Below, in pieces: positions 41,504 through 49,815 of a stretch of 64,000 nt of DNA. The DNA comes from Oxalobacteraceae bacterium. GTDB lineage: Bacteria; Pseudomonadota; Gammaproteobacteria; Burkholderiales; Burkholderiaceae_D. Position 1 is the stretch's first letter, and each line of letters opens with the position of its first letter. Position numbers and translations under genes: made by a program. The notes under the pieces were generated by a model that made no database searches, was not told the origin of the DNA, and worked only from the letters and a program-made list of their open reading frames with translations. The stretch lies in the NCBI GenBank assembly GCA_036675035.1, contig JAKFFO010000119.1, positions 16,002 to 80,001 of the forward strand, read 5' to 3'.

Positions 41504-42061
41504 ATGGACATCGATTTGACAGAGACCAAGCTTGACGGTGCGTTAGCATACGACGGCGATTTTTTGAAAGTTCAGCGCGATTCGATACGTCTGCCGGATG
41601 GTAAAACAAGCATCCGCGAATATATAAAACATCCAGGCGCCGTAGTCGTGCTTCCGCTATTCGACGATGACACCGTGCTGTTGGAGCGCCAGTTTCGTTA
41701 TCCGCTAGACCGCACGTTCATCGAATTCCCCGCTGGAAAGATCGATTCCGACGAAGATCCTCTCGATTGCGCGAAGCGCGAGCTGCAGGAAGAGACCGGG
41801 TATTGCGCGCGCGAATGGCAGTTCGTATGCACGATTCACAATGCGATTGCCTATTCGGACGAGCATCTTGAGATTTATCTGGCGCGTGGATTGACGGCCG
41901 GTGAATGCAAGCTCGATGACGGCGAGTTTCTCGAAACATTCCGCGCGCCCGTCAGCGACGTGCTTGGCTGGATTCGACAAGGAAAAATCACCGACGTTAA
42001 AACTATCATCGGCGGTTTCTGGCTTGAGAAAATCGTATCCGGCCTTTGGCATTGTCGATAA
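41504..42061 (+). CDS. NUDIX hydrolase (ADP-ribose pyrophosphatase-like)
   Basis: 185 aa. Nudix box GKIDSDEDPLDCAKRELQEETGY. Confidence 0.88.
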   Translation: MDIDLTETKLDGALAYDGDFLKVQRDSIRLPDGKTSIREYIKHPGAVVVLPLFDDDTVLLERQFRYPLDRTFIEFPAGKIDSDEDPLDCAKRELQEETGYCAREWQFVCTIHNAIAYSDEHLEIYLARGLTAGECKLDDGEFLETFRAPVSDVLGWIRQGKITDVKTIIGGFWLEKIVSGLWHCR

Positions 42062-42336
42062 GAGACTCTATTGCCGGTTCGAGCGTCAATCTGCCTGTGT
42101 AGGGCGGGCCCCGATCAAATCGACCCGATGCATATGGTGCTCAGCCGTTCCTGGTAAGGCACCAGTCAATTTCATCATCAGGTGCGTAAACCACTCATTG
42201 CGGCGCCGAGGGAGGCCATGCCGGACGCTTGTTCTGCCGTAATGCTAACCGCTAGCAGCAGCGTCCATTTACGCATTTCCGAACCGCTGCGAAAGCCGTC
42301 CTGCATCCACTTACCGGACGGCTCGTGGTCTATCAC

Positions 42337-44016
42337 CTACATATTCGGATAATTGGGACCACCACCGCCTTCCGGCGTTACCCAGACAATGTTCTGGGTT
42401 GGATCCTTGATGTCGCAGGTCTTGCAATGCACGCAGTTTTGCGCGTTGATTTGCAATCGCTCCGCGCCGGCATCGGTTTTCACAAACTCGTAAACACCGG
42501 CCGGGCAGTAACGCGATTCCGGGCCGGCATAGGTCGCAAGGTTGATATCAACCGGTACCGTCGCATCTTTCAGCGTCAGATGCACCGGCTGGTCTTCCGC
42601 ATGATTGGTGTTGGAGATGAATACCGACGACAGTCGATCGAAAGTCAGCTTGCCGTCCGGTTTGGGATAAATGATCGGCTTGAATTGCGACGCCGGCTTC
42701 AGGCATTCATGGTCCGCCTTGGTGTGGTGCAGAGTCCACGGTGCTTTTCCGCGTAGCACCACCTGATCGAGCCAGACCAGCGGCGATCCGTAGGTTCCTT
42801 TTTTCAGCAATGGCTTGACGTTGCGCGCCGTGTGCAGTTCTTCGTGCAGCCAGGATTTTTCAAACGCTTGCGGAAAGCTTGTCAGTTCGTCGTGCTGCCG
42901 TCCGGCGCCAAGCGCGTCGAACGCAGCCTCTGCCGCCAGCATGCCGGTTTTCATCGCGGTATGACTGCCCTTGATACGTGGCATGTTCAAAAAGCCGGCA
43001 TCGCAACCAATCAGAGCGCCGCCCGGGAAGGTGAGCTTGGGTAACGATTGCAGGCCGCCAGCCGTGATGGCGCGTGCGCCGTACGAGATCCGTTTGGCGC
43101 CTTCAAAGAAGGTGCGAATGGCCGGATGCGTTTTGAAGCGCTGAAATTCTTCGTAGGGAGACAGGTACGGATTTTCATAAGCGAGTCCGACCACGTAGCC
43201 GACTGCAACCTGATTGTTTTCCAGATGATAGAGAAACGAGCCGCTGTATTGATCCATCAGTGGCCAACCAGTGGTGTGGATTACCAGCCCGGGCTTGTGC
43301 AGCTTGGGATCGATTTCCCAAAGCTCCTTGATGCCGATACCGTAGGACTGTGGATCCTTGCCCTTGTTGAGGTCGAATCTGGCCATCAGTTGCTTGCCGA
43401 GATGGCCGCGCGAGCCTTCTGCAAACAGCGTGTATTTCGCATGCAATTCCATGCCGAGCTGGAATGCATCCGTTGGCTGACCATGCCGATCAACGCCCAT
43501 ATTGCCGGTCGCCACACCCTTGACCGATCCATCCTCATTGGTCAGTATTTCTGCCGCAGGGAATCCGGGGAATACTTCGACGCCGAGCGCTTCGGCCTGC
43601 TGGCCGAGCCAACGTACCACGTTGGCAAGCGAGATTACATAATTGCCGTCGTTGTGGAACACTGCGGGAAGTAGCCAGTTGGGGGTTTTGAATGCCCTGG
43701 TTTCGGTCAGGACCAGGATGCGGTCTTCGGTTACCGGAGTATTCAGTGGCGCACCCAGGTCTTTCCAGTTCGGGAACAGCTCATTCATCGAAATTGGGTC
43801 CATCACTGCGCCGGAAAGAATATGCGCGCCGACCTCGCCGCCTTTTTCCAGGACACAAACGGAAACTTCACTGCCTTTTTCCGCCGCCAGCTGTTTGAGT
43901 CGAATTGCGGCGGACAAGCCTGCCGGACCGCCGCCGACAATAACAACGTCGTATTCCATCGCTTCGCGCGGGCCGAATTGTTCAAGGAGACTTGCTTGGG
44001 TTTGGCTTTGCGTCAT
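42337..44016 (-). CDS. electron-transfer flavoprotein:ubiquinone oxidoreductase
   Basis: Start chosen at ATG 44016 (MTQSQTQASLLEQFG), giving 559 aa. YDVVIVGGGPAGLSAAIRL FAD site. C-terminal 4Fe-4S CPAGVYEF...NAQNCVHCKTCDIKDP. The 856-aa ORF in the track is an upstream read-through overlapping the divergent SDR gene. Confidence 0.92.
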   Translation of the reverse strand: MTQSQTQASLLEQFGPREAMEYDVVIVGGGPAGLSAAIRLKQLAAEKGSEVSVCVLEKGGEVGAHILSGAVMDPISMNELFPNWKDLGAPLNTPVTEDRILVLTETRAFKTPNWLLPAVFHNDGNYVISLANVVRWLGQQAEALGVEVFPGFPAAEILTNEDGSVKGVATGNMGVDRHGQPTDAFQLGMELHAKYTLFAEGSRGHLGKQLMARFDLNKGKDPQSYGIGIKELWEIDPKLHKPGLVIHTTGWPLMDQYSGSFLYHLENNQVAVGYVVGLAYENPYLSPYEEFQRFKTHPAIRTFFEGAKRISYGARAITAGGLQSLPKLTFPGGALIGCDAGFLNMPRIKGSHTAMKTGMLAAEAAFDALGAGRQHDELTSFPQAFEKSWLHEELHTARNVKPLLKKGTYGSPLVWLDQVVLRGKAPWTLHHTKADHECLKPASQFKPIIYPKPDGKLTFDRLSSVFISNTNHAEDQPVHLTLKDATVPVDINLATYAGPESRYCPAGVYEFVKTDAGAERLQINAQNCVHCKTCDIKDPTQNIVWVTPEGGGGPNYPNM

Positions 44017-44181
44017 GGTTTTGGCACCGTAAATGTTATTATCGAACGAGTGTGCTAATTGTCCGGGATTTTGCGGCAGAATGCTAGTGCAGGGCCTTGC
44101 AATATCGGCCCTTTCGTATAATCGCGGCGGTATATGGGGCGGCCCGGTCGCTCGGCGCAAGAACAGAACAGGAGAAATTTC

Positions 44182-44958
44182 GTGGGTATTGAAGTCAATT
44201 TTGAAGGCAAGATCGCGCTGATTACGGGCGCGTCCAGCGGATTGGGTGCGCGTTTCGCGAAAGTGCTGGCGCAGGCGGGAGCACAGGTGGTGCTGGCATC
44301 GCGCCGGGTAGATCGCCTCAAGGAGTTGCGTGCCGAAATCGAATCGGGTGGCGGGGCTGCGCATGTGGTCGAACTCGATGTAACCGATTACACCAGCATC
44401 AAATCTGCCATCGCTCATGCGGAGACGGAAGCCGGACCGATCGACATCCTGGTCAATAATTCCGGTGTTTCGACCACGCAGCGTCTGGTGGACGTCACAC
44501 CGGAAGACTATGCATATGTGATGGATACCAACCAGCGCGGTGCATTCTTTGTTGCGCAAGAAGTCGCCAAACGCATGATTGCCCGTGCCAAAGGCGATCC
44601 CACCAAGCAGCATCGCATCATCAATATTGCTTCTGTCGCCGGCCTGAAGGTGTTGCCGCAGATAGGCATTTATTGCATGAGCAAGGCAGCCGTCGTCCAT
44701 ATGACCAAGTCGATGGCTATCGAATGGGGCCGGTACGGAATCAATGTGAATGCAATCTGTCCCGGATACATCGGCACCGAGATCAATGCAGAGCATTTCG
44801 GAAGCGAACAAGGCAAGACGCTGATCAACATGCTGCCTCGCAAGCGCGTTGGCAAGCCAGAGGATCTGGATGGCTTGCTGCTGCTGCTCGCAGGCGATGA
44901 ATCGCATTTCATGAACGGCGCGATCGTAACAGCTGACGACGGCTTGAGCGCGGCTTGA
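44182..44958 (+). CDS. SDR-family oxidoreductase
   Basis: Start chosen at GTG 44182, with aggag 8 nt upstream. ALITGASSGLG cofactor motif, NNSG, catalytic YCMSKAAV. Confidence 0.85.
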   Translation: MGIEVNFEGKIALITGASSGLGARFAKVLAQAGAQVVLASRRVDRLKELRAEIESGGGAAHVVELDVTDYTSIKSAIAHAETEAGPIDILVNNSGVSTTQRLVDVTPEDYAYVMDTNQRGAFFVAQEVAKRMIARAKGDPTKQHRIINIASVAGLKVLPQIGIYCMSKAAVVHMTKSMAIEWGRYGINVNAICPGYIGTEINAEHFGSEQGKTLINMLPRKRVGKPEDLDGLLLLLAGDESHFMNGAIVTADDGLSAA

Positions 44959-45025
44959 TCGATGCGTTATTCATTGTGGCATCACTTTCGCTGCAAATCC
45001 AACCGACAATTCTGGTGTTCTGAAA

Positions 45026-45442
45026 ATGACTGTTAAACGACTTGTCCATGTCACGCGAATGCCGATTCGATGGGGTGATATGGATGCGATGGGCCATGTC
45101 AACAATACGGTTTATTTCCGTTACCTGGAACAGGCGCGTATCGAATGGTTCTCGCAGATGAACTGCGACCCGGATCCGAAGGGTGAAGGGCCGGTAATCA
45201 TCAATGCGCGCTGCACTTTTTTGCGGCAATTGAAATATCCCGGCGATATCGAGGTACTTACGTTTGTCGGCGAACTGGGTCGATCGAGTTTTGAGACCAT
45301 GCAGGAGATCCGCCGCGTTGATGATCCGGAGACGCTGGCGGCCGAGGGCGGTGCAAAGGTGGTATGGGTGAATTTTCCGATGGAAAAATCAATGCCGCTG
45401 CCGAACGAAATCCGGCATCTGCTCACTGGCGAAAAAATTTAA
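45026..45442 (+). CDS. acyl-CoA thioesterase (hotdog fold, YbgC/4HBT-like)
   Basis: 138 aa. IRWGDMDAMGHVNNTVYFRYLEQARIEW. Confidence 0.8.
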   Translation: MTVKRLVHVTRMPIRWGDMDAMGHVNNTVYFRYLEQARIEWFSQMNCDPDPKGEGPVIINARCTFLRQLKYPGDIEVLTFVGELGRSSFETMQEIRRVDDPETLAAEGGAKVVWVNFPMEKSMPLPNEIRHLLTGEKI

Positions 45443-46032
45443 GGTACTGCGCTGCCGGCGGTACTCTGCGTTTGCAACGGTACACCCAGCAGCCGGTTCA
45501 CCAATTCGCCGGATGTGGTGGCCGCGAATTTTTTCATTAGCTTGGCGCGGTGCATTTCCACGGTGCGTGGGCTCAAGCCGATTTGGCGCGCGATCAGCTT
45601 GCTGGTTTTTCCTTCCACCAGCAATGCCGCAATTTCGCGCTCGCGCGGCGTCAGTTCTGCCGTTACCGGACGCTTTGCACTCAGATCCTCGAACGTCCAG
45701 ATGCCAGCCGCATGCGGATCGTTCGGGACCAGAGAGCCGCCGCTGACCCGACACCAGAACAATTCCTGATTGGCGCGTTTCATGATCCTCTCATCGGAAT
45801 AGTGTCCCTTGGCGTTCATGATGGGAACAATGCGCGCACCAGTGCGCTCGAACTCGTCCGGCGTCGGATAAAGTATCGAAAACGACTGTCCTACCAAGGC
45901 TTCCGATTTATAACTGAACATTTCGGTCAATGCCTGGTTGCATGCTTTGATGACTCGGTTCTGCGAGACGCACATGCCGACCGGAGCGTTGAGAAAAATT
46001 GTTTCGTAATTGATAATATGAGATGCGTTCAT
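45439..46032 (-). CDS. PAS domain-containing LuxR-family transcriptional regulator
   Basis: 197 aa. N-terminal PAS-like region (NAPVGMCVSQNRVIKACNQALTEMFSY). C-terminal HTH LTPREREIAALLVEGKTSKLIARQIGLSPRTVEMHRAKLMKKF. Confidence 0.85.
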   Translation of the reverse strand: MNASHIINYETIFLNAPVGMCVSQNRVIKACNQALTEMFSYKSEALVGQSFSILYPTPDEFERTGARIVPIMNAKGHYSDERIMKRANQELFWCRVSGGSLVPNDPHAAGIWTFEDLSAKRPVTAELTPREREIAALLVEGKTSKLIARQIGLSPRTVEMHRAKLMKKFAATTSGELVNRLLGVPLQTQSTAGSAVP

Positions 46033-46179
46033 GGATTTGTGATGTCCGCTCTATAAACTGGAGTTGGTACTTCTACGGTATTGTGGTGTTTCGCCTCGCA
46101 TCATATGCTGGTGCGCCTGTCGAATATAGCCGTACTAATACTGGAACTAGCTACACTTTACACAAAGAAAAGGGTTGGT

Positions 46180-46878
46180 ATGAAGAAAGTTTTTCCCAAT
46201 GCAGCCGCCGCACTTGCCGACATTGTTAAAGACGGCCAGACAATTGCTGTCGGCGGCTTCGGATTGTGTGGCATTCCCGAGGCATTGATTGCCGCGCTAC
46301 GCGATTCCGGCGTACAAAACCTGACTGCGATTTCCAACAATGCCGGTGTCGACGGGTTCGGCCTCGGCCAACTGCTGGCGACACGTCAGATCAAGAAAAT
46401 GATCGCGTCCTATGTCGGAGAAAACAAGGAATTCGAACGTCAGTTTCTTGCAGGTGAGCTTGAACTGGAGTTCACGCCACAGGGTACTTTGGCTGAAAAA
46501 CTGCGTGCAGGCGGTGCTGGAATCCCGGCTTTCTTTACCAAGACAGGCGTCGGCACCATTGTTGCCGAGGGCAAGGAAGTGCGTGAATTCGATGGTGAAA
46601 AATACGTGATGGAGCGTTCGCTGGTGGCCGACGTGGCCCTGGTCAAGGCGTACATCGCGGACAAGGCCGGAAACCTGGTGTTCAACAAGACCGCCCGCAA
46701 TTTCAATCCGAATGTTGCAATGTCCGGCAAGATCACCGTCGTCGAAGTGGAGAAGCTGGTCGAGGTTGGCGAAATCGATCCCGACCAGGTTCACACTCCC
46801 AGCATTTTCGTGCATCGGATTGTGGTCAACGCGAATCCGGAAAAACGCATCGAACAACGCACGACTCGTACAAAGTAA
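46180..46878 (+). CDS. scoA: 3-oxoacid CoA-transferase subunit A
   Basis: Start chosen at ATG 46180 (MKKVFPNAAAAL), giving 232 aa. AVGGFGLCGIPEALI. Confidence 0.9.
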   Translation: MKKVFPNAAAALADIVKDGQTIAVGGFGLCGIPEALIAALRDSGVQNLTAISNNAGVDGFGLGQLLATRQIKKMIASYVGENKEFERQFLAGELELEFTPQGTLAEKLRAGGAGIPAFFTKTGVGTIVAEGKEVREFDGEKYVMERSLVADVALVKAYIADKAGNLVFNKTARNFNPNVAMSGKITVVEVEKLVEVGEIDPDQVHTPSIFVHRIVVNANPEKRIEQRTTRTK

Positions 46879-46893
46879 AGCGGAGAACACAAC

Positions 46894-47547
46894 ATGTCAT
46901 GGACTCGTGAAGAAATGGCCGCGCGCGCGGCGACGGAATTGCAAGACGGTTTTTATGTCAATCTCGGGATTGGTTTGCCGACGATGGTGGCGAACTATGT
47001 ACCCAAGGATATCGAAGTATGGCTCCAGTCCGAAAACGGTTTGCTCGGCATTGGCCCGTTTCCTACCGACGACCAGGTTGATGCGGATCTGATCAATGCC
47101 GGGAAGCAAACGGTGACTGCACTGCCGGGTTCATCCTATTTCAGCTCGGCGGATTCATTTGCAATGATCCGCGGCGGCAAGATCAATATTGCCATTCTCG
47201 GTGCCATGCAGGTTTCGGAGCAGGGTGATCTCGCCAACTGGATGATCCCCGGGAAAATGGTCAAGGGCATGGGCGGTGCAATGGATCTGGTGGCTGGTGT
47301 CAAGAAGGTCGTCGTGTTGATGGAACATGTTGCCAGGGCCAAAGACGGTTCGACCTCGCACAAGATTCTGAAAAAATGCGATTTGCCGCTGACCGGCGTT
47401 GGCGTGGTAAATCGCATCATCACCGACCTGGGTGTAATTGACGTTACCGATCAAGGATTGAAGTTGGTTGAGCTGGCCCCGGGCGTCACTACGCAGGAAC
47501 TAATCGAAAAAACCGGCGCAGAAATCGATACCCGCGCAATCCAGTGA
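46894..47547 (+). CDS. scoB: 3-oxoacid CoA-transferase subunit B
   Basis: 217 aa. Active-site glutamate region [14 protein letters not shown]. Confidence 0.9.
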   Translation: MSWTREEMAARAATELQDGFYVNLGIGLPTMVANYVPKDIEVWLQSENGLLGIGPFPTDDQVDADLINAGKQTVTALPGSSYFSSADSFAMIRGGKINIAILGAMQVSEQGDLANWMIPGKMVKGMGGAMDLVAGVKKVVVLMEHVARAKDGSTSHKILKKCDLPLTGVGVVNRIITDLGVIDVTDQGLKLVELAPGVTTQELIEKTGAEIDTRAIQ

Positions 47548-47565
47548 CTGAAATTGCACCAACTT

Positions 47566-47596
47566 AAAACGGCGCTTGAAACAAGCGCCGTTTTTT
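47566..47596. terminator. bidirectional terminator between convergent scoB and bdhA
   Basis: Perfect 10-bp stem acggcgcttg/caagcgccgt (47569-47578/47582-47591), flanked by aaaa on the left and tttttt on the right. Confidence 0.7.
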
Positions 47597-47626
47597 ATTG
47601 CAGATGGTGGACGGGCAGGCAGGGCG

Positions 47627-48421
47627 TTACTGCGCGACCCAGCCGCCATCCATATTCCACGCCACGCCACGAACCTGGCTTGCAGCATCGCTGCACAAGA
47701 ACGCTGCAAGCGCCCCCAGCTGCTCGGGGGTGACAAATTCACCGGACGGTTGCTTTTCTGCAAGCAAGCTTTTCTTGGCTTCCTCGACCGAAATTTTTTG
47801 CTGGGTTGCGCGGGCATCGACCTGCTTCTGCACCAGTGGTGTCAATACCCACCCCGGACAAATCGCATTGCAGGTGATGCCCGACGGCGCGGTCTCCAGC
47901 GCAGTTACCTTGGTGAAGCCGACGATACCGTGTTTGGATGCGACATAGGCGGATTTTTGTGCAGAGCCGACCAGCCCGTGTGCCGATGCGACATTCACGA
48001 TGCGCCCCCAATTCTTTGCCTTCATGTGCGGTAATGCAAGACGCGTAGTATGAAATGCGGACGAGAGATTGATCGCAATAATCGCGTCCCACTTCTCGAC
48101 CGGGAAGTCCTCGATATTGGCAACGTGTTGAATCCCGGCATTGTTGACAAGAATATCCACGCCGCCAAAACGTTCGGCCGCGGCTTGCATCATGGTTTCT
48201 ATCTCGGTCGGTTTAGACATATCAGCATTGTGATATAAGGTCTGCACATCGAATTCATTTTCCATATCGGATTGAAGTTTCGCAATTTCATTTGCGTCGC
48301 CGAAGCCGTTGATAACGATGTTTGCGCCCTGCGCCGACAATGTTCTGGCAATGCCCAAACCGATGCCGGACGTGGAGCCGGTGACCAATGCGGTCTTTCC
48401 TTTGAGACTAGTGTTTTGCAT
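47627..48421 (-). CDS. bdhA: 3-hydroxybutyrate dehydrogenase
   Basis: 264 aa SDR. ALVTGSTSGIGLGIA, NNAG, YVASKHGIVGFTK. C-terminal WNMDGGWVAQ is typical of BdhA. Confidence 0.88.
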   Translation of the reverse strand: MQNTSLKGKTALVTGSTSGIGLGIARTLSAQGANIVINGFGDANEIAKLQSDMENEFDVQTLYHNADMSKPTEIETMMQAAAERFGGVDILVNNAGIQHVANIEDFPVEKWDAIIAINLSSAFHTTRLALPHMKAKNWGRIVNVASAHGLVGSAQKSAYVASKHGIVGFTKVTALETAPSGITCNAICPGWVLTPLVQKQVDARATQQKISVEEAKKSLLAEKQPSGEFVTPEQLGALAAFLCSDAASQVRGVAWNMDGGWVAQ

Positions 48422-48538
48422 GGTGCCCTCTATGGAAAAATAAACGTGGAATCAAATCGCCTTGTACGATTTTAAGCGCAACCGACAGTAAAATGTTGGC
48501 TTTGCTTCCAGTACTTTTACTAGCTTGTTGGCGGAAAC

Positions 48539-49405
48539 ATGATCAGTCCGAAAATCCGAAACGTTCAATGCCTATCTCCGGCCGGCTTGCATTCGATGGC
48601 GTACAAGGAATGGGGTGATCCTCGCAATTCGCACGTGCTGATATGCGTGCATGGAGTTACGCGGGTCTCGGATGATTTCGATCACATGGCGCTGGCGCTT
48701 TGCGATCAATATCGGGTTATCTGTCCTGACGTCGCGGGACGTGGTCGCTCAAGTCGGCTGCGGGATCCGTCTTGTTATCAACTGCCGCAATATGTCAGCG
48801 ATATGGTGACGCTGTTGGCACGGCTCGACACTGAAAACGTACACTGGTTCGGAACATCGATGGGCGGATTGATCGGCCTGGCTCTCGCATCATTGACGGA
48901 CAGTCCGATAAATAAGCTGGTCCTGAACGATATCGGCCCGACATTGAATTTTGCGGCGATCTCGCGCATCAGCGAGTATATCGGACAGGATATGCGATTC
49001 GGCACGTTTGAAGAGGCGGAGAAGTATATCCAGAACATTTCGGCCGGCTTCGGGCCGCATACGGATGAGCAATGGCGGAAAATCGCATCAGATGTCCTTC
49101 GGCAAAATCCGCAAGGCGAGTGGATACGCCATTACGATTTGAGTCTCGCGGTTCCATTCAAGGCGGAAACGGCTGAGAGTACCAAGCGTGCGCAAGCCAT
49201 GTTGTGGGCTGCGTATGATGCAATCAAGTGCCCGACCTTGCTGGTGCGCGGCGCGGAATCCGATTTGCTGACACGCGATGTCGCGGAGGAGATGACCAGG
49301 CGCGGACCAAAAGCCAGACTAATCGAAATTGACGGAGTTGGACATGCGCCGACTTTCATGAGTGCAGATCAGATCGCAATAGCGAAGGAATTCTTGCTCG
49401 GGTAA
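48539..49405 (+). CDS. alpha/beta-fold hydrolase
   Basis: 288 aa. ICVHGVTRVSDDF and nucleophile elbow WFGTSMGGLIGL. Substrate unknown. Confidence 0.75.
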   Translation: MISPKIRNVQCLSPAGLHSMAYKEWGDPRNSHVLICVHGVTRVSDDFDHMALALCDQYRVICPDVAGRGRSSRLRDPSCYQLPQYVSDMVTLLARLDTENVHWFGTSMGGLIGLALASLTDSPINKLVLNDIGPTLNFAAISRISEYIGQDMRFGTFEEAEKYIQNISAGFGPHTDEQWRKIASDVLRQNPQGEWIRHYDLSLAVPFKAETAESTKRAQAMLWAAYDAIKCPTLLVRGAESDLLTRDVAEEMTRRGPKARLIEIDGVGHAPTFMSADQIAIAKEFLLG

Positions 49406-49448
49406 CGGATTCAGTGATCGCATTCATTTATTAATCTGCTGAAATATT

Positions 49449-49799
49449 ATGGATATCAAACGACTGCATGTCGGGAAAACGCTTTCGGAAGCGGCTATTC
49501 ATCAAGGCACGGTCTATCTTGCCGGCCAGATCGCCGAAGATACCACCCAGAATATAGAAGGCCAGACGCGTGAAGTGCTGGGGCATGTCGATCGTCTGCT
49601 GAACGAGGCCGGCAGCGACAAGTCCCGAATCCTGATGTGCCAGATCTATATTTCGGATATCAAGGATTTCAACGCTATGAATCAGATCTGGAACGAGTGG
49701 GTCGCCGATGGGAACAGTCCTCCGCGTGCTACTGTTGAAGCCAAGCTCGTCAAACCGGAAATACTGGTCGAGATGGTTGTGACGGCGGCACAAAAATAA
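49449..49799 (+). CDS. RidA/YjgF-family protein
   Basis: 116 aa. GTVYLAGQIAEDT...PPRATVEAKL, with typical YjgF size and C-terminus. Confidence 0.8.
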   Translation: MDIKRLHVGKTLSEAAIHQGTVYLAGQIAEDTTQNIEGQTREVLGHVDRLLNEAGSDKSRILMCQIYISDIKDFNAMNQIWNEWVADGNSPPRATVEAKLVKPEILVEMVVTAAQK

Positions 49800-49815
49800 C
49801 GGGCACCGGAACGCC

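Noticed and set aside
42178-42276. 32-codon minus-strand ORF MRKWTLLLAVSITAEQASGMASLGAAMSGLRT in the NUDIX/ETF-QO convergent spacer
   Set aside because: The start is signal-peptide-like, but there is no lipobox Cys, only a weak ribosome-binding site and no recognisable family. The evidence is insufficient to call it.
44017-44907. 297-codon N-terminal extension of the ETF-QO ORF (the 856-aa ORF in the track)
   Set aside because: The extension overlaps the divergent SDR gene on the other strand and has no ETF-QO similarity. The canonical N-terminus with the FAD Rossmann motif begins right after ATG 44016.
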